Virus record (IMG/VR): IMGVR_UViG_3300032770_000002
Coordinates: 124,001 to 188,000 of that record
Length of the DNA stretch: 64,000 bases
Direction: 5' to 3' (one strand)
In this document: piece after piece, positions 63,398 to 64,000 of the stretch
How positions within the stretch are numbered: position 1 is the stretch's first letter
Layout: each line of letters opens with the position of its first letter
Position numbers and translations under genes: made by a program
The notes under the pieces: model-generated
The model's input: the letters and a program-made list of their open reading frames with translations, nothing else
Told to the model about the DNA's origin: nothing
Database searches by the model: none

Positions 63398-63694
63398 GTG
63401 ATGAAAAAAGGCAAGAAGTCGGACAAGAAAATTGGCAAAAAACTCGAGAAGGTTTTGTTTCATGGGCTGGACCCTAAGATGTGCGACCTTCTTCGCCCGT
63501 CAGTGGAAAAGCTGAACAACACCGAAAAAGGCCTGCTCACGTTGATGGTCTTGACACAGCGGGCCCACTCGAAGTTCATGCAGGAAGTCATGAATGAATT
63601 GATTCCAATGCAGTCGATGAATACGCCGGCGGCGAACGTCTTTTATCCAGACATCGTTCACCGGAACGGCAGTAAGAAGAAGTCCAAGAAGTAA
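63398..63694 (+). CDS. Lys-rich hypothetical protein
   Basis: 98-aa ORF with basic ends. Confidence 0.65.
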   Translation: MMKKGKKSDKKIGKKLEKVLFHGLDPKMCDLLRPSVEKLNNTEKGLLTLMVLTQRAHSKFMQEVMNELIPMQSMNTPAANVFYPDIVHRNGSKKKSKK

Positions 63695-63701
63695 CGTATT
63701 T

Positions 63702-63733
63702 TTGTTTACAAACGTCTCTCTCCCGTGTAGATT
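63702..63733 (+). promoter_or_regulatory. putative early sigma70-type promoter
   Basis: TTTACA, 17 bp, GTG-TAGATT. Confidence 0.65.
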
Positions 63734-63740
63734 ATGGCTC

Positions 63741-64000
63741 GTGAAGACGCTCAATTTGCAAGTCGGTGCGATGTGCGGCATGCCAAGCCAGACGTGCCTC
63801 ATGTCCAAGAAAAATCGTGAAGCTCTTCAACTTGACGTCAACGGCCTGGTCGTTGTGCGGTCCAATGACCAAGACACCTCGGTGGTTCGACGCATCCTTA
63901 AGGCTCCAAACATCCCGCAAAAGGACGCCTTCGTGTTCTTGTCACCTGACGACCTAAACTTGCTCAATGTCAACATTGCAGACAACGTCGAGCTCAGCCA
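63741..64000 (+). CDS. 3'-truncated ORF, possible CDC48-N-like double-psi beta-barrel
   Basis: Open from GTG 63741 to window end; MSKKNREALQLDVNGLVVV...LSPDDLNLLNVNIADNVEL. Confidence 0.4.
   Translation, partial: MKTLNLQVGAMCGMPSQTCLMSKKNREALQLDVNGLVVVRSNDQDTSVVRRILKAPNIPQKDAFVFLSPDDLNLLNVNIADNVELS

Noticed and set aside
248-63957. Numerous overlapping ORFs in the track (for example 6786-7226, 9180-9845, 15261-15911, 24814-25575, 28497-29084, 49701-50258, 50706-51308)
   Set aside because: Antisense or out-of-frame shadows of better-supported genes, common in GC-rich DNA, with no recognisable motifs.
1-64000. CRISPR array, tRNA or rRNA genes
   Set aside because: No regularly spaced identical repeats and no cloverleaf with a T-loop GTTCRA in intergenic space were found by eye; tRNAscan-SE would be decisive.
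1-64000. Alternative genetic code
   Set aside because: Long ORFs (up to 1789 aa) tile the window under code 11, with TAA, TAG and TGA all used as coupled stops.
1-64000. Prophage or host chromosome segment
   Set aside because: No integrase, att-like repeat or cellular housekeeping operon; gene content and packing are phage-like throughout, though the window edges cannot exclude it.

Overview
A 64-kb, gene-dense, moderately GC-rich segment of what is almost certainly a large (jumbo-type) tailed bacteriophage with T4-like structural traits. Evidence: a gp15-like tail terminator, two gp23 capsid-like peptide fragments, class II ribonucleotide reductase, thymidylate kinase, three AT-rich free-standing HNH endonucleases, a tubulin/FtsZ-family GTPase and seven copies of one sigma70-type promoter. 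I found no integrase, tRNA, rRNA or CRISPR array. All family assignments come from motifs read by eye, not from database searches. Main points: (1) an array at about 14.3-31.6 kb of proteins built by shuffling four recurring unknown modules; about 20 proteins across the window carry a shared 'xARx(L/I/V)ID' leader and/or 'RVxxLLGE|S' junction, which resembles a capsid-targeting and prohead-protease processing code for a large injected cargo set. (2) An adenylosuccinate-synthetase homologue with PurZ/PurZ0 diagnostic substitutions (53387-54379), hinting at a 2-aminoadenine (Z) genome in a jumbo myophage. (3) Small genes carrying isolated N-terminal (Gol-peptide-equivalent) and C-terminal pieces of a T4-type major capsid protein, one behind a twin-arginine leader. 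(4) A glycan-building cluster (split minimal transketolase, radical SAM/SPASM, methyltransferase, two glycosyltransferase-like genes) plus Thr-Asn-rich secreted or virion proteins. Sequence style weakly suggests a Verrucomicrobiota-like host (inference).
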